Source: Octopus sinensis (taxonomy: Eukaryota). From it: 64,000 nucleotides of DNA. A program made the translations under genes and the position numbers. Positions 25,038 through 37,350 of this stretch are shown one piece after another. Under the pieces are notes generated by a model. The model made no database searches and was not told where the DNA came from. It saw nothing but the letters and a program-made list of their open reading frames with translations. Each line of letters opens with the position of its first letter. Position 1 is the stretch's first letter. The stretch covers positions 16,368,001 to 16,432,000 of the forward strand of contig NC_043024.1 of assembly GCF_006345805.1 (NCBI RefSeq). Direction: 5' to 3'.

Positions 25038-25109
25038 ACCATCGTCAAAAGGCAGATACAACCATCGTCAAAAGGCAGATACAACCGTCATCAAAAGGCA
25101 GATACAACA
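25038..25109 (+). repeat. 23-bp tandem repeat, about 3 copies (acaaccatcgtcaaaaggcagat)
   Basis: Directly visible. Confidence 0.9.
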
Positions 25110-25302
25110 CTCTCCCTACATCTCAATTAACCAAATATTTTCAGTGGATGCTTCTTACATAAATACATTAAAATAACTATCAAGGTTTGTTTTTATTGGT
25201 TGCCCCCTGCAGTGAGATAGTTTATATACCAACAAATAGTGTAGGTGTGTAGATTAGGCAGTTTGAATCGAAAGCAAATTGCAAATGTTCCCTCATTCAG
25301 AC

Positions 25303-25522
25303 ATCATCATCATCATCGTTTAACGTCCCCTTTCCATGCTAGCATAGGTTGGACGATTTGACTGAGGACTGGCAAACCAGATGGCTGCACCAGGCTCCAA
25401 TCTTGATTTGGCAGAGTTTCTACTGCTGGATGCCCTTCCTAATGCTAACCACTCTGAGTGTGTAGTGGATACTTTTACATGCCGCTGGCACGAGAGCCAA
25501 TCAGGCAGTACTGGCAACGGTT
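25303..25522 (-). mobile_element. RTE-like LINE 3' tail
   Basis: (CAT)n gtttaacgtcc...ttccatgctagcat. Confidence 0.75.
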
Positions 25523-25894
25523 ACAGAAAATCATGTTTTTTTTTTTAATATCCAGAAGAACTCATACAGCAGTTTAGTGTTAGCAATTATGTGCAGGCTC
25601 AAATGTTACAATGAGAGAGAGAATAAAACCAAAGTAGTTTGAAGAGAGAGCTTAGCCTTCCAAGCTGCCAGCAAACGGCAAGGAAAGCAGCTGGTCAATT
25701 GGTAATAATCAATGAGATCTTAAACTATCTGGTAAAGTAGGATACAGGCTACTTTCTTGAATTGACAATCAGGTAAAACTGGAAGGTGTTGAAAATTCAT
25801 CAGCTATTAAATTGTAAATGAGATGCAAAAAAGAGAGCTATTGAAATGAAAGTTGATGTCCCAGTCAGCTCAGATATGATGAATATATGGACAG

Positions 25895-27363
25895 GGCGTT
25901 TGGGCTAAATTTGATGCATTTTTTTATGTCTTTTTTCAGGAACAGTTTGATGTATTGGTAAACAGTCGACAGTGTTGGAGAGCATGAAGATTAAAATTGT
26001 GGTTGAGAAAAAGTTAGCTGATGTGGAAGACTGGAAGCCATCTGAATATTGGAAAAGAGTAACCTGTATCATGATGATCCATGCTGGATATCAAAATGCT
26101 GGTATGATGGTTGCTGCTCTGTGAACGGTATAAATCTGTAAGATTTGACATGGACAGTTGCAATGGAGGCTATGAAGCTATGGTCAGCATGAAGGGAGAC
26201 AGCAGGCATTCTGACTGTGTCTTTACACTGGAATTCATCCAACAAATGCAGAACAAGATGATGGAAGATCTGAGCAAGGAAATCCAGGCTTTGGTGAGAG
26301 AAATGGGTGCTGGAGACATCTCAATAAATATGGCCCTGAATGAGGACCTTTGCTCCCTCTCATAAAGAGGCACAAGGGACAAATTCTGATAGCCAAAGCC
26401 GGAGGAGAACTGCCCCAGGAAGAGAAAGAAGCTCCTGAACAAGCTGAGGCATCCTGAGCTGAAGGTCATTTGGTCCTTCTCAAATGAAAAGAACTTCTGC
26501 CAGGACCAGTTATACAACACCCAGAAAAACAGGTGGTTTGCCTACAAAGCATGTGATGTCCCACATATCATGAAAACCAAATTCCTTTGAGTGTGTCTCC
26601 AGTAAAGGTGATATTATTCTACTCCACATCTTTGAATACAGCTTTTGACTCAATTCAGATGGCTTTATGAAGACTGGTCAATCTCTGGCTGGAAATGGTT
26701 CCTGCTGGAACATTGTATGTGTGGCAGCAGGATTCAGTTCCTTGCCATACTTCCAGAAAGAATCAGAAGTGGTTATTGGAGAATTTCTACAACATCACCT
26801 GCCACAATTTCTGGCTTCCTTAACCCTTTCATTACCGTATTTCATTAATCTTTCAATTAATTTTAAACATAACAAAGAATTTAGTAAAATAACTTAGTTA
26901 TCATTTAGTTAATGTTAGGAACATAAATTGTAACTAAGGTTTGGTGGAAGATTTTAATTCCAAACTTATGAAAACAAGACATTTGTACTCAGAGCCAGAG
27001 CTGGTTTCAGCCGGGTTGGTAACGAAAGGGTTAATTCCCCCTATTGTAATCCCACGGATTACTGTGTGTAGGGCATGGGTGAGAAAGACACCAACCACTC
27101 TGCTTGTAAAAATCAGGGCCAAGTTGGTGACCATGATCAAGGAGGTGTTTGAAGATCTTCCCAGGGACATGCTAAAAAGTGCATGCACCAGGTTCCAGAT
27201 TTGTCTTAAAGCTATGGCAGAAGCTGAGGGAGGCGACTATAAATCAACTCTTTATCTCCCTGCCATAATCTAATTGATAGTTTTTGATTTTGTAAAATAC
27301 TTTTATTTTTGTATGGGATGTTGTGTTTTCTTTTCCTTTTAAGCAAACTGTCAAATTTATCCC
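25895..27363 (+). mobile_element. Decayed Tc1/mariner (maT/DD37D-like) transposon
   Basis: Fragments KKLLNKLRHP...WSFSNEKNFCQDQLYNTQKNRW, YVWQQDSVPCHTSRKNQKWL and IKEVFEDLPRDMLKSACTRF...EAEGG; weak TIR gggctaaatttga / tcaaatttatccc. Confidence 0.75.
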
Positions 27364-27597
27364 ATATATATATATATATATAATATATATATATATATTA
27401 GTGAATTGAAGAAATGGAGTTGAACGAAGATTGAACAGAAATCCTTTTATTGCATTCTACATGTGTTTCGAAAGCCACAATTTACCAAATTCCGATTGAA
27501 TAAGGAGCCCATATTGTGTCTTTCTCTTCAGGAAGAAATAGGAATTCCGTTGGCAGAACAAAAACAGAACAGAGGCGCAGCAAAACAAATCGAACGA

Positions 27598-27909
27598 GGG
27601 GCCTCATCGTCAAAGTTGGCCTTACGAATCTCCAACCATTACGCAACTTTTCGCGACGTGAATAAATTCCAAGCCACAGGACTTAGCAAGCTAATATGGC
27701 GATTGAAGAATACGAACTCAAGCTACAGGCTGGAATGGTCAATTTTGTCGGTGGCCCTCCCATTTGATAGGGGCAGAAGGAAGTGCAACCTTTGTGTCTC
27801 TGAGCTTTTCCATATATTGTTCGCCACAGACCGGATGGTAAACGGTCTTTTACAGTCGGCTTTTCGATGCCCCCATTGGCGGCGTTATACTTATCTTGCT
27901 TATAAATGA
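27598..27909 (+). pseudogene. C-terminal half of a Penelope-like GIY-YIG endonuclease (open frame, 5'-truncated)
   Basis: GASSSKLALRISNHYATF...TGLSKLIWRLK...LEWSILSVALPF...KCNLCVSELFHIL...CPH matches the recalled PLE endonuclease pattern (YIG..., T-x-LSK-x-IW-x-LK, I-x-W-x-I, C-x-LC, C-x-H). Confidence 0.75.
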
Positions 27910-28485
27910 TGCTTATAAATGATACCTGCACCCGGTTACCCTGCTTATATGAGAATAGCCCTTGGAAATAATGTTTTGAAAAAGCTTTTTAAGATAGATA
28001 TGATTAACCCTTGCAAGGGGAATTACTCCCATTAGGCGAATGGTGTTTTGTTTCGACGACGTGAGTTTTGTTTTGACAAAGCATGATTAGACGAACACAC
28101 GAACACATAAAATATTTTCTGCCGCCTGACGGATTTTTCAGCAGTGACCATTGTGTAGCGCTTTTTACCAACTTACGGCCGCGCACATATAGAACAGTTC
28201 ACACACACGTTTCTAAGTAGATTTTGTCTCGCCCCATATAATACACCTAATATTCTTAGAATAGTCAGAACCTTAGTCTCGGTCACAAAGAACATCTACG
28301 CACCCCGTGCCCTCACCCTCCGGATTGACCGCTGCCTGACCTGTAAATATCTTCAACACACCCACCACCCCATTTCAACATACATTGATAAACAGTTTGG
28401 CCATGGGCTCTTAGGAGCCTCCTCGTTCGATTTGTTTTGCTGCGCCTCTGTTCTGTTTTTGTTCTGCCAACGGAATTCCTATTTC

Positions 28486-28565
28486 TTCCTGAAGAGAAAG
28501 ACACAATATGGGCTCCTTATTCAATCGGAATTTGGTAAATTGTGGCTTTCGAAACACGTGTAGAA
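28486..28565 (+). ncRNA. Type I hammerhead ribozyme (mirror copy on minus strand, 27455-27534)
   Basis: ttc CTGAAGA gaaag a cacaat...attgtg g ctttc GAAAC acgt GTA | gaa. Confidence 0.8.
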
Positions 28566-28763
28566 TGCAATAAAAGGATTTCTGTTCAATCTTCGTTCAA
28601 CTCCATTTCTTCAATTCACTAATAATATTAAAATTCAATTATCCACACCAACGCACGGTTGCAACACCATATGGTTGTACCTCCAACCGTGCTTTCTTCT
28701 GCTGTGATTTTTGCTACCAAGGTATCGGTTAAACTTTTGATTAATCTGCACAAGATTATTCAT

Positions 28764-28806
<43 letters not shown>

Positions 28807-28809
<3 letters not shown>

Positions 28810-30050
28810 GCTCATTAAGAATGAAATGTCTAATTTTCTTATGCACCAAGCTTCACAGTTGTTAACTCTAATGTTTTATCCTGACAATTCTTTGTTTTAC
28901 AACATTGAAGAGTTACATCACTTTTCGAAATGCAATTCAAGGTGTCTGATTAAAATGCATTTTTATCCTCTAGTAAATCAATTTTTGTAAACCCATGGAT
29001 AGATCAAAAATTTGTGTTGTTCATTAATGAGTTCTGTCATGGAACCAATGCATCCCAGATAGCTCAATAGAAACATCAGTAAGGTGTTTGGCAAATGAGC
29101 ACACTGTACGTTGATAGTTTGAGAAGTTCTGGTCTGGTGACTTTACTCTTGAAAATCAGCTCCAAGGTTGAGCTGAGACCAAGGTGAATAATGATGAGCT
29201 GGAAGCTGTAGTGGAAGTGGATACATCTCAAGCTATGCATGAGTTAGTGGCAAGGTTTGCTGTTTTGATTCCAACTGTATTAGGCAATCGGAAACAAATT
29301 GGCAAGGTAAAGAAGCTGGACGTGTGGGTACCACATGAACTGAATGAGCATCAAATGACACATATTGAAATTTGCTGTTCTTTGCTCTCATGGCATAAAA
29401 GAGAACCATTTTTGCATCGTATTGTTACATATGACAAAAAATTGAATCTTTTCAACAATTGCAAGGGTTCTGCACAGTGGCTAGCTAGAGACAAAGTGCC
29501 AAAACACAATCCCAAAAAGAATATTCACCAAAAATAGTTAATGGTATCTGCTGGGTGGCCCAGCTTCATGTAACTCGGCAGGTCAATTACAGCGGATGTA
29601 TACATCAACCATTTGGATGAAATGATGAGTGAACTTACAATTAAACAACCGAGAATGGTCGATAGAGACAGACCAATTCTCTTGCAAGACGATGCTTGAC
29701 CACATGTTGCACAAAGAATGCTACTCAAGTTAGAGGAACTGAACTTGGAAGTATTCTGTCATCCACCATATTCACCAGACCTTGCACCAACTGACTATCA
29801 TGTTTTCCAGGCATTAGACAACTTTTTACAAAGAAAAAAACTTCAAATCTGAAGAAGATGTAAAACAGCCTTTCATGGTTTCCTTGCTCTCCAGTATTCT
29901 TTGCTGCCAGCATAAATAAAATACGGATAAAATGGCAAAATTGTGTTGATAACTTAGGTGCATACTTTGATTAACTGCATTGCTTTTTGTTGAGATAAAG
30001 TAAAATAAACTTTCAGTTCAGGATCGAACATTTCATTTCTAATGATCTGA
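28807..30050 (+). mobile_element. Full-length decayed mariner transposon (about 1244 bp)
   Basis: TIRs tcagctcattaagaatgaaatgt and acatttcatttctaatgatctga; transposase motifs WVPHEL, HRIVTYD, LLQDD, HPPYSPDLAPTDYHVF with stops and frameshifts. Confidence 0.9.
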
Positions 30051-30069
30051 TATATATATATATATCAGA

Positions 30070-30134
30070 CCATGCTGACGAGGTTACAGTTTATCCTTGC
30101 GGATAATAATAACCGAAACTGATTCAGTACATGG
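30070..30134 (+). ncRNA. Type I hammerhead ribozyme
   Basis: ccatg CTGACGA ggtta...taacc GAAAC tga t tca GTA | catgg; canonical core and all stems paired. In an insert of about 325 bp (30065-30390) between (TA)n tracts. Confidence 0.9.
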
Positions 30135-30381
30135 GTAATTATTTTATTTCGTATATTTTCATTTGTCTTGTTTAATGCTTTGGTTTTGTGCTGAGTTTTA
30201 TTTGAGAACATACTCTTTGTGGAGAATGGTGATTTGACATCTATATCTAGCATGTTGACTGTCCACTTTTCGTGTTCAGTCCTTAATTGGTATATATAAA
30301 TATTTTAATCTTCGGATTCATTTTAATATGCTAGACCACTGCTTTTAATTGACTAATATCAATTTCTACCCTTAATCAATT

Positions 30382-30435
<54 letters not shown>

Positions 30436-30439
<4 letters not shown>

Positions 30440-30760
30440 GTCATTAAAAATGGTGGTGGAGTTTTTGTTTTCATTTCTGTAGCTAGTACTCTGTCAGATT
30501 CTAATACTCCTAGATACTTATAACTCTCTTCTCCTTTCAATGATTTTATTGTCTGGCCATCTGGTAATTGGATGCTTTCACTGTTGACTACCTGCCCACT
30601 TCTCATGACTAATATTGCACACTTATCTATGCTAAATTCCACACCTATATCTCTGCTGAAGAGTCTTACAGTTTGTATTAAGGAATCTATCTCATTTTTA
30701 TTCTTACTAAAAAGCTTCAAATCATCCATGTAGAGCAAATGGTCAATAGAGAAAGAACCG
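30436..30760 (-). pseudogene. Non-LTR retrotransposon RT fragment (R4/Dong-like)
   Basis: LYMDDLKLFSKN...DIGVEFSIDKCAIL...YKYLGVLE. Confidence 0.85.
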
Positions 30761-31639
30761 GTTCCTAACCTAGATCCAAGGCTCCTTCATTGGAATTTCA
30801 ACATCAACAACAGGGTATTTTTGTTGTATGTATGTATGTATGCATGCATGCATGCATGTATGCGCAGATTTGTATGTTTTGTTTTATGTATGTCTTCTCA
30901 TGCATAAACTTGTCACATTTTACTGTTTCTCCTGCATTTCTGTCCCTTTTGTGCATCAGGTATTTCCTGTTCCTGGATGCTAATGCATACCCTTCAAAAT
31001 GTATGTAGGTCAGTAGGTAGGTATGCATATGGTAATCTGTAACTCTTTATATCTCACTTAAGATAGATGTCTTGTCAGAACACCAAATACTTTATTATTA
31101 GCATTGAGAGATCCTCTTAAACAGGCCCTTTTATGCAGCGAGCACCTTTATATAGGCACTTTTATGCACATTTAGTTGGATATAAAAATTAGCATTTGAT
31201 ACTGCTTCCATTGCTAATAATTAATATATATACATCTATATCTATGTAATTAAAGCCAAATGAAGGCTATTATTCTAAAATAAGGCTAAGGCTAACATTG
31301 GGACATACACCAGGTCAGGAGATTTAATACTAAGCACAAACTTCAATTTATTATAAATTTCGTGTTGATTGGGACAGCTTCTTAAATAATTCCTAGTTAA
31401 CACAATTTATAATATCTCTGTTATTTCTGCCAATATGAATGTTTCTCTTTCTCTCTCTTTTTTCTCTCTTTTTCTGTCTGTCAGTCTGAAGAAGAAGGGG
31501 GAGGAGGAGAAGGAATTGAGAGAAAATGATAGCTAAGGGGAGAAGAAATGTAATGTGGAGCTAATCGGAGTAAAAAAAAGATGTGAAATCTTAATGGTCA
31601 ATAAATCTAATGAATATTGACTGAAATGAAAGGTGTGTA

Positions 31640-31676
<37 letters not shown>

Positions 31677-31784
31677 ATATCCTGAGGTAAAAGAAACCAC
31701 CATTTTGGTAATCATTCATGAATTCTTTGTACAGACTTTTGTCAATCTCCAGTATGTTATTTGGTATCTTTTGGTTTGGCATTT

Positions 31785-31849
31785 CTTCTTCTTCTTCAGC
31801 ACCACCACCACCACTGCCATCGTCGTCGTCGCCATCGTCATCGTCATCG

Positions 31850-31882
<33 letters not shown>
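31785..31882 (+). repeat. (CTT)(ACC)(CGT)(CAT) compound trinucleotide repeat
   Basis: Directly visible. Confidence 0.9.
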
Positions 31883-31883
<1 letters not shown>

Positions 31884-31924
31884 CAGCTGATGTCTGCTTT
31901 CCATTCTTATTTCTTATTTCTTTA

Positions 31925-32147
31925 CTGCCCACAAGGGGCTAAACACATTGAGAACAAACAAAGACAGACAAATGGATTAAGTCGATTACATTGACCCCAG
32001 TGCTTAACTGGTACTTAATTTATCGACCCTGAAAGAATGAAAGGCAAAGTCAACCACGGCAGAATTTGAACTCAGAACGTAAAGACAGACGAAATACCAC
32101 TAAGCATTTCGCCCGGCGTGCTAACGTTTCTGCCAGCTCACTGCCTT
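31925..32147 (-). mobile_element. tRNA-derived SINE family C (Meta/MESC-like central domain)
   Basis: Minus strand gagctggcagaaacgttagcacgccggg...gagttcaaattc...tttgcctttcattctttcagggtcgataaattaagtaccag. The superfamily assignment is from memory. Confidence 0.75.
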
Positions 32148-32540
32148 CTGCTTTCCATTCTGGCTCGGAAAGGGAACTGTTGAGGTGCAGGGCTTTGTCA
32201 ATGTCTCCGTTGTTATCTTTGGCATATCCTCATCCTTATGAGGCTGTGGTCCTTGGAGTTAATAAAGACAGGATTATGATTATGAGAGTGGTGGGAAGAC
32301 AGAATTGTAAGAATGCCGGACGAAATGCCTGACAGTTTTTCTTCTGGTTATTTATATTGTGAATCATTTGCTGCATCCCCACAGTCCTCTCTTTCCACCT
32401 CTCTGTTCCTCTCAGTGATTAAATCATTACGCCAGCATTTCTCAACCAGGGTTCTCTGGAACCCTAGACTTCTGCATAAGGTTCCTAGGGCTTCCACAAA
32501 AAAGAGTGAGGTAAGCTAATGCTAATTTCATAATATATAA

Positions 32541-32572
<32 letters not shown>

Positions 32573-32578
<6 letters not shown>

Positions 32579-33138
32579 GTTAAAAAAATTCCCTCTTATA
32601 TTTATGTATGAAATACTATTTACTGAACCTCAGTTTTTTTATATGCTAGACCACTGGTGTTAAAATTGATGTTATCAAATTAATATCCAATTTTTCACCC
32701 TGATTTTGATTTTGATTTAAAATTAATACGTTCTCAAACCGGTGAAAACTACTGCAGTGAATTATTTATGCAGTATTTATTTCTGGTAATTTAGTGTGCC
32801 TAAACGAAGACTTTTGAAAATAACCGCAAATGTAATAGGTAGAACTACATGCATTTTCAACCTCGTGTTGATATCTGAAGTGAAGTTCTGCAAATTATAT
32901 TCTGCATAGACGATCATACTGATGATCTACAGATATATTGTGTAAGTAGAATTACGTAATTTATTGATAGTGAAACAATTGTTTATGATTAATTGATATT
33001 TTTGTTACTTTTCATTTGTCTTGCTCGCTTACATTTCTGGTGTGTTACATTTTCTGGAGAACAATTCTTAGTGGTTGAGACCATAACGGATCTTCTTCTA
33101 GCATAAGGGTTTCCACATAGTGGTTAAAAAAATTCCCT

Positions 33139-33145
<7 letters not shown>
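32573..33145 (+). mobile_element. HHR-bearing element with 29-bp terminal direct repeats (period 544 bp)
   Basis: atagtggttaaaaaaattccctcttatat at 32573-32601 and 33117-33145; (TA)n on both sides. Confidence 0.85.
32914..32988 (+). ncRNA. Type I hammerhead ribozyme
   Basis: tcata CTGATGA t-cta...tag-t GAAAC aatt GTT | tatga; 10.1-11.1 is U.U. Confidence 0.8.
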
Positions 33146-33177
<32 letters not shown>

Positions 33178-33179
<2 letters not shown>

Positions 33180-33450
33180 TCATCATCAACATCATCGTTT
33201 AGCATCCGTTTTCCATGCTACCATGGGTTGAACAGTTCGACTGGGGTCTGGGAAGCCAGGAGACTGCACCATGCTCCAGTCTGATCAGGCAGTGTTTCTA
33301 CAGCTGGATGCCCTTCCTAACACCAACCTCTCCATCAGTATAGTGGGTGCTTTTTACGTGTCACCAGTCAAGGCAGTGCTGGCATCAGCCACGTTCGGAT
33401 GGTGCTTTTTACGTGTCACCGGCACAGGTATCACAACTACAATTTCCATT
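33178..33450 (-). mobile_element. RTE-like LINE 3' tail
   Basis: Same family as 17218. Confidence 0.75.
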
Positions 33451-33669
33451 TGTATATATGTGCATATAAGAGTACAAGATGTCACAAAACGTAAACAACA
33501 TGAAATATGAAGGCAAACTTGGGTATGCGAACAACAAGAGAAAGAAATGGAAAACAAGACAATTAAGATAAAGAACGACCCTTCATCAGTTATCGGCTGT
33601 TTATCTACTCCACATTTCAAGTCTTTTATTTGTTTCTGTCATTTGAATGCGGCCATGCTGGAGCTTGTT

Positions 33670-33773
33670 AGGTGTTTTCACTTAATAAACACTCACAACG
33701 CCCGGTTTGGGAATTGAAACCACGATCCTACAACCGCGAGTCCGCTGCCCTAACCACTGGGCCATTGCGCCTC
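33670..33773 (-). mobile_element. tRNA-derived SINE head (family D)
   Basis: Minus strand ggaggcgcaaTGGCCCAGTGGttagggcagcggactcgc...GGTTTCAATTCCC. Confidence 0.7.
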
Positions 33774-33804
<31 letters not shown>

Positions 33805-33821
33805 GTACATACATACATACT

Positions 33822-33857
<36 letters not shown>

Positions 33858-33875
33858 CATACATACATACATACT

Positions 33876-33909
<34 letters not shown>

Positions 33910-34503
33910 CATACATACATACATACATACATACATACACACATACACACACACACACACCACACACATATATATATATATATGATATTTACCATGTGAA
34001 CAACAATGTGATGTCAAAATATGAGAAAGAAAAGGCATACAATTTTTTTGTGCAGGGGTTCCTAGAGACATACAATTTATTTTGAGGGTCAAAGAAAGGT
34101 AAAAAGGCTGAGAAACACTGCATCATACAAAGCTCTTGAAGAAATTTGTCCAGGCAGTTTGTATGGCAAAGGCTACAAAGAAATGAGATAAGAATATTTC
34201 ATTGGATGTGACCTGCTATGTGCCACTGGATGTGCCATTCTACTGTGCAGGAATGACAAAGTATAAATGAACTGAGAGACAAGTATAAAAGGAATTGGTT
34301 ATAGTCTCCCAGAAAGAAAACTGCACCAGTATGGGCAGTATTCTCTTCTGTTTTCATTACTTCTACCCCCAACACTTTTCCCTCTGTAAGTCTTTCTATT
34401 ACCATTCTCTCAAAGTATATCTGTCCTATCCATCATAGGTGGGGGAAAGGGCACTTTTACTTTACTAGCTGCAAGGTGACCCCCGCATTGCTGGTTTTAC
34501 AAA

Positions 34504-35175
34504 TAGTGATCCCTCGTTTATCGTGGTAGATTGGTTCCGAGACCAGCCGCTATAACTGAATTTCCGCGAAGTAGGGGCACCATATTTACAGTATTTATTT
34601 AACGTGTATTTCGACTTTTAAAACCCTCCCTGTACTGTTAACAACCCACCCATTACAGTAGTGTATTAATAACAAGGACAACTGTTAAGCAATGATACTT
34701 TAGATTGAAAAAAATAAAGATTGCTACTGTACTCAACACGAAAGAAGTTGAAGTAAAATTTGAATGATGATGGTGATGAATTTGCTGCACAGTAGAAATG
34801 ATGATGATGATGATGAAGCTGACAGCGGTGCCTTTCCTGGGACACTTTTTCCACTTCTTCCGAAGGTACAATCGTAGTATTAGCAGCAGGAACTGGCTCT
34901 TTTTTGCGAGGCTGCAAAAACATTGTGATAGGAAGTTGCTGCCTCTGCTTCTTTTTCCGTTCGAAGAGCATCTTGTAGGGATTCATGACTTTGTCGACCT
35001 TGTTGCAAAATTGCACAGAACGAACCATATCATCATCCCATTCCTGTGACCCTTCTTTCAATTCTTTAGCCAGGTTGCAGAGCTTGACCAGCCGTTCTAA
35101 AGTCAAGCAAGTTTGGTCAACAACTTCTGTTTTTTGCTGCGTTTCTTCTTCTTCTTTGGAATTAATGAAAAATTT
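34504..35175 (-). mobile_element. Tigger/pogo-like transposon 3' part
   Basis: TIR-like agtgatccctcg at about 34505; C-terminal transposase LTLERL...LKE...EWDDDMVRSVQF...YKMLFERKKKQRQQLPITMF. Confidence 0.75.
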
Positions 35176-35194
35176 TAGGTGTTCATATATATAT

Positions 35195-35278
35195 ATGCCT
35201 AAAGTGCCACACACTGGGACTGAACCTGGAATCATGTGGTTGGAAGCTTCTTACCCCACAGCCACTCCTGCACCTATG

Positions 35279-35327
<49 letters not shown>

Positions 35328-35555
35328 TATGTATGTATATATATATAAACGAACACTGGTTGTCAAGTGGTGGTGGAGGGAAACGATCAAACACAAAGAC
35401 ACACATACACATGACAGGCTTCTTTCAGATTCTGTTTACCAAACACATTCACAAGGCTTTGGTTGACACTGGGCTATATTAGAAGACACTTGCTCAAGGT
35501 ACCATGCAGTGGGACTGAACCTGAAACCATGTGACTAGCAAACAAACTTCTTACC
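35195..35555 (-). mobile_element. SINE family A fragments (35195-35275 and 35370-35555)
   Basis: Similarity to the 6814 copy. Confidence 0.7.
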
Positions 35556-36307
35556 ACAGAGCCATATCTTAATAATTCTAAAACTCTAGAGATGTTTGTG
35601 TGTACCTGAAATATCTCAGAAATAGTATATTTTACATTAATTTTTTTTGCATATTCATTTTCATACTTACCTTCAGCAATGCAGCACAAATTTTTGTGAT
35701 ATTTGGACCTCTATTTATTAAAGAAAATGATTAAACATAATTTTTGTTTGTTACTTCTTGATGAAAAATTACATGGCTTCCGTGACGTCAGCACACATAC
35801 ACACATACAGAATACACATGCATATAATGAATGTCATGGCTGTCAATCAACGCAAACACATGTCCACTATCTGTGACATATAAACACACATAGTCATCAC
35901 ACTCTCAAATTAAAACAAATCAAGTTTTTGACATACACTATATTTCAATCATTTAGAAATATTTTTAACTGAATGTGATTTCAAAAATATAAGTTGTTTG
36001 TACAGTAAGTATTTATATTTTAGGTTTTTTTAAACAGACAATATTTTTATGTTTTTTAAAAATTATTTGCAAGTGAATGGCAATCTTTTACTTTGACTCT
36101 CAGAACTGTCATCTGGAGTTTGTTAATTTCCGTACAAATGTTTAATTTATTTACTTTTGTTTTAAAGTGAAAAATGCATGCACGTATATATGAAATGGAC
36201 ATGTGTCTGTGCGAAAGAGAGAGAGAAAGAGAGAGAAAAAAGAGAGTGAGAGTGAGAATGAGTGAAGGTGTGTGCTGTGATGTATATACATCAATACATA
36301 TGCTCTC

Positions 36308-36658
36308 TTTTACTCTCTTACTTGTTTCAGTCATTTGACTGTGGCCATGCTGGAGCATCACCTTTAGTCAAGCAAATCGACCCCAGGACTTATTCTTTGT
36401 AAGCCTAGTACTTATTCTAGTACAGCATAGGTTGTCAAGCGATGTTGGGAGGACAAACACAGACACACACATACATATATATATATACATATATACGATG
36501 GGCTTCTTTAAGTTTCCATCTACCAAATCCACTCACAAGGCTTTGGTTGGCCCAAGCTATAGTAGAAGAACCTTGCCCAAGGTACCACGCAGTGAGACTG
36601 AACCCGGAACCATGTGGTTGGTAAGCAAGCTACTTACCACACAGCCACTCCTACGCCT
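36308..36658 (-). mobile_element. SINE family A with an internal deletion
   Basis: Similarity to the 6814 copy. Confidence 0.85.
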
Positions 36659-36757
36659 ATGTTTACATCTTTTTTGTATGTACATGTGCATGTGTGTGTG
36701 AGAGAGTGAGTGAATGTGTGTTCTTATATATGTGTAAGTGTCACTCTCTCTCTCTCT

Positions 36758-36792
<35 letters not shown>

Positions 36793-37016
36793 TCATTTCA
36801 TATAAGATCCACCTGCTTTCTATTTCTCTTACTACCACCCTCATCACTTGGCCCCTTCTGGCTCATCTCAAAACCTATAACTAGGTAGCAACATTGGACC
36901 TACTGTGCACAGTACACTCTCATCCTCCCCTCCTGTACTGCCTGTCATCACCCTGTCATGATTACATTTAGTATATCTCATAATATTGACTACCATTATC
37001 ACTCATTCGCCCCTAA

Positions 37017-37350
37017 CACTCATTCCTCCCATCACTCATTCCCACTATCACTCATTCCCCCTATCGATCATTTTCCCTATCACTCATTCCCCCTATCGTT
37101 CATCTCCCCTATCACTCATTCCTCCTATCACACAATTTCCCTATCACTGGTTCCCCATCACTCATTCCCCCTATTGCTTATTCTCCCTATCACTCATTTC
37201 CTCTATTGCTCATTCACCCTCTCACTCATTTCCCCTATCGCTCATCCCCTTATCACTCATTCCCACTATCACTCATTCTCCCCATCACTCATTCCTCCAT
37301 ATCACACATCCCCTAACACTGATCCACCTATCACATATTCACCCCCTCCC
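37017..37350 (+). repeat. 16-bp minisatellite, consensus about cactcattccccctat
   Basis: About 20 degenerate copies, directly visible. Confidence 0.85.

Larger units (their letters stand above)
27396..28767 (+). mobile_element. 5'-truncated Penelope-like retroelement with an inverted 204-bp terminal arm
   Basis: 27396-27599 is the reverse complement of 28421-28624 (1 mismatch). GIY-YIG tail, then a 3' region with an HHR. (TA)n at both ends. Confidence 0.8.

Noticed and set aside
27396-28624. DNA transposon or MITE interpretation of the long terminal inverted repeats
   Set aside because: The arms contain hammerheads, one copy continues beyond the repeat, and the interior encodes a GIY-YIG tail rather than a DDE transposase.
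33576-33623. Possible permuted (type II) hammerhead on the minus strand (GAAA...GTA...CTGATGA)
   Set aside because: Stem I does not pair, stem III is weak, and the proposed stem II partner overlaps a SINE junction.
35783-35790. Perfect CRE site TGACGTCA
   Set aside because: About one such 8-mer is expected by chance in 64 kb, and there is no promoter context.
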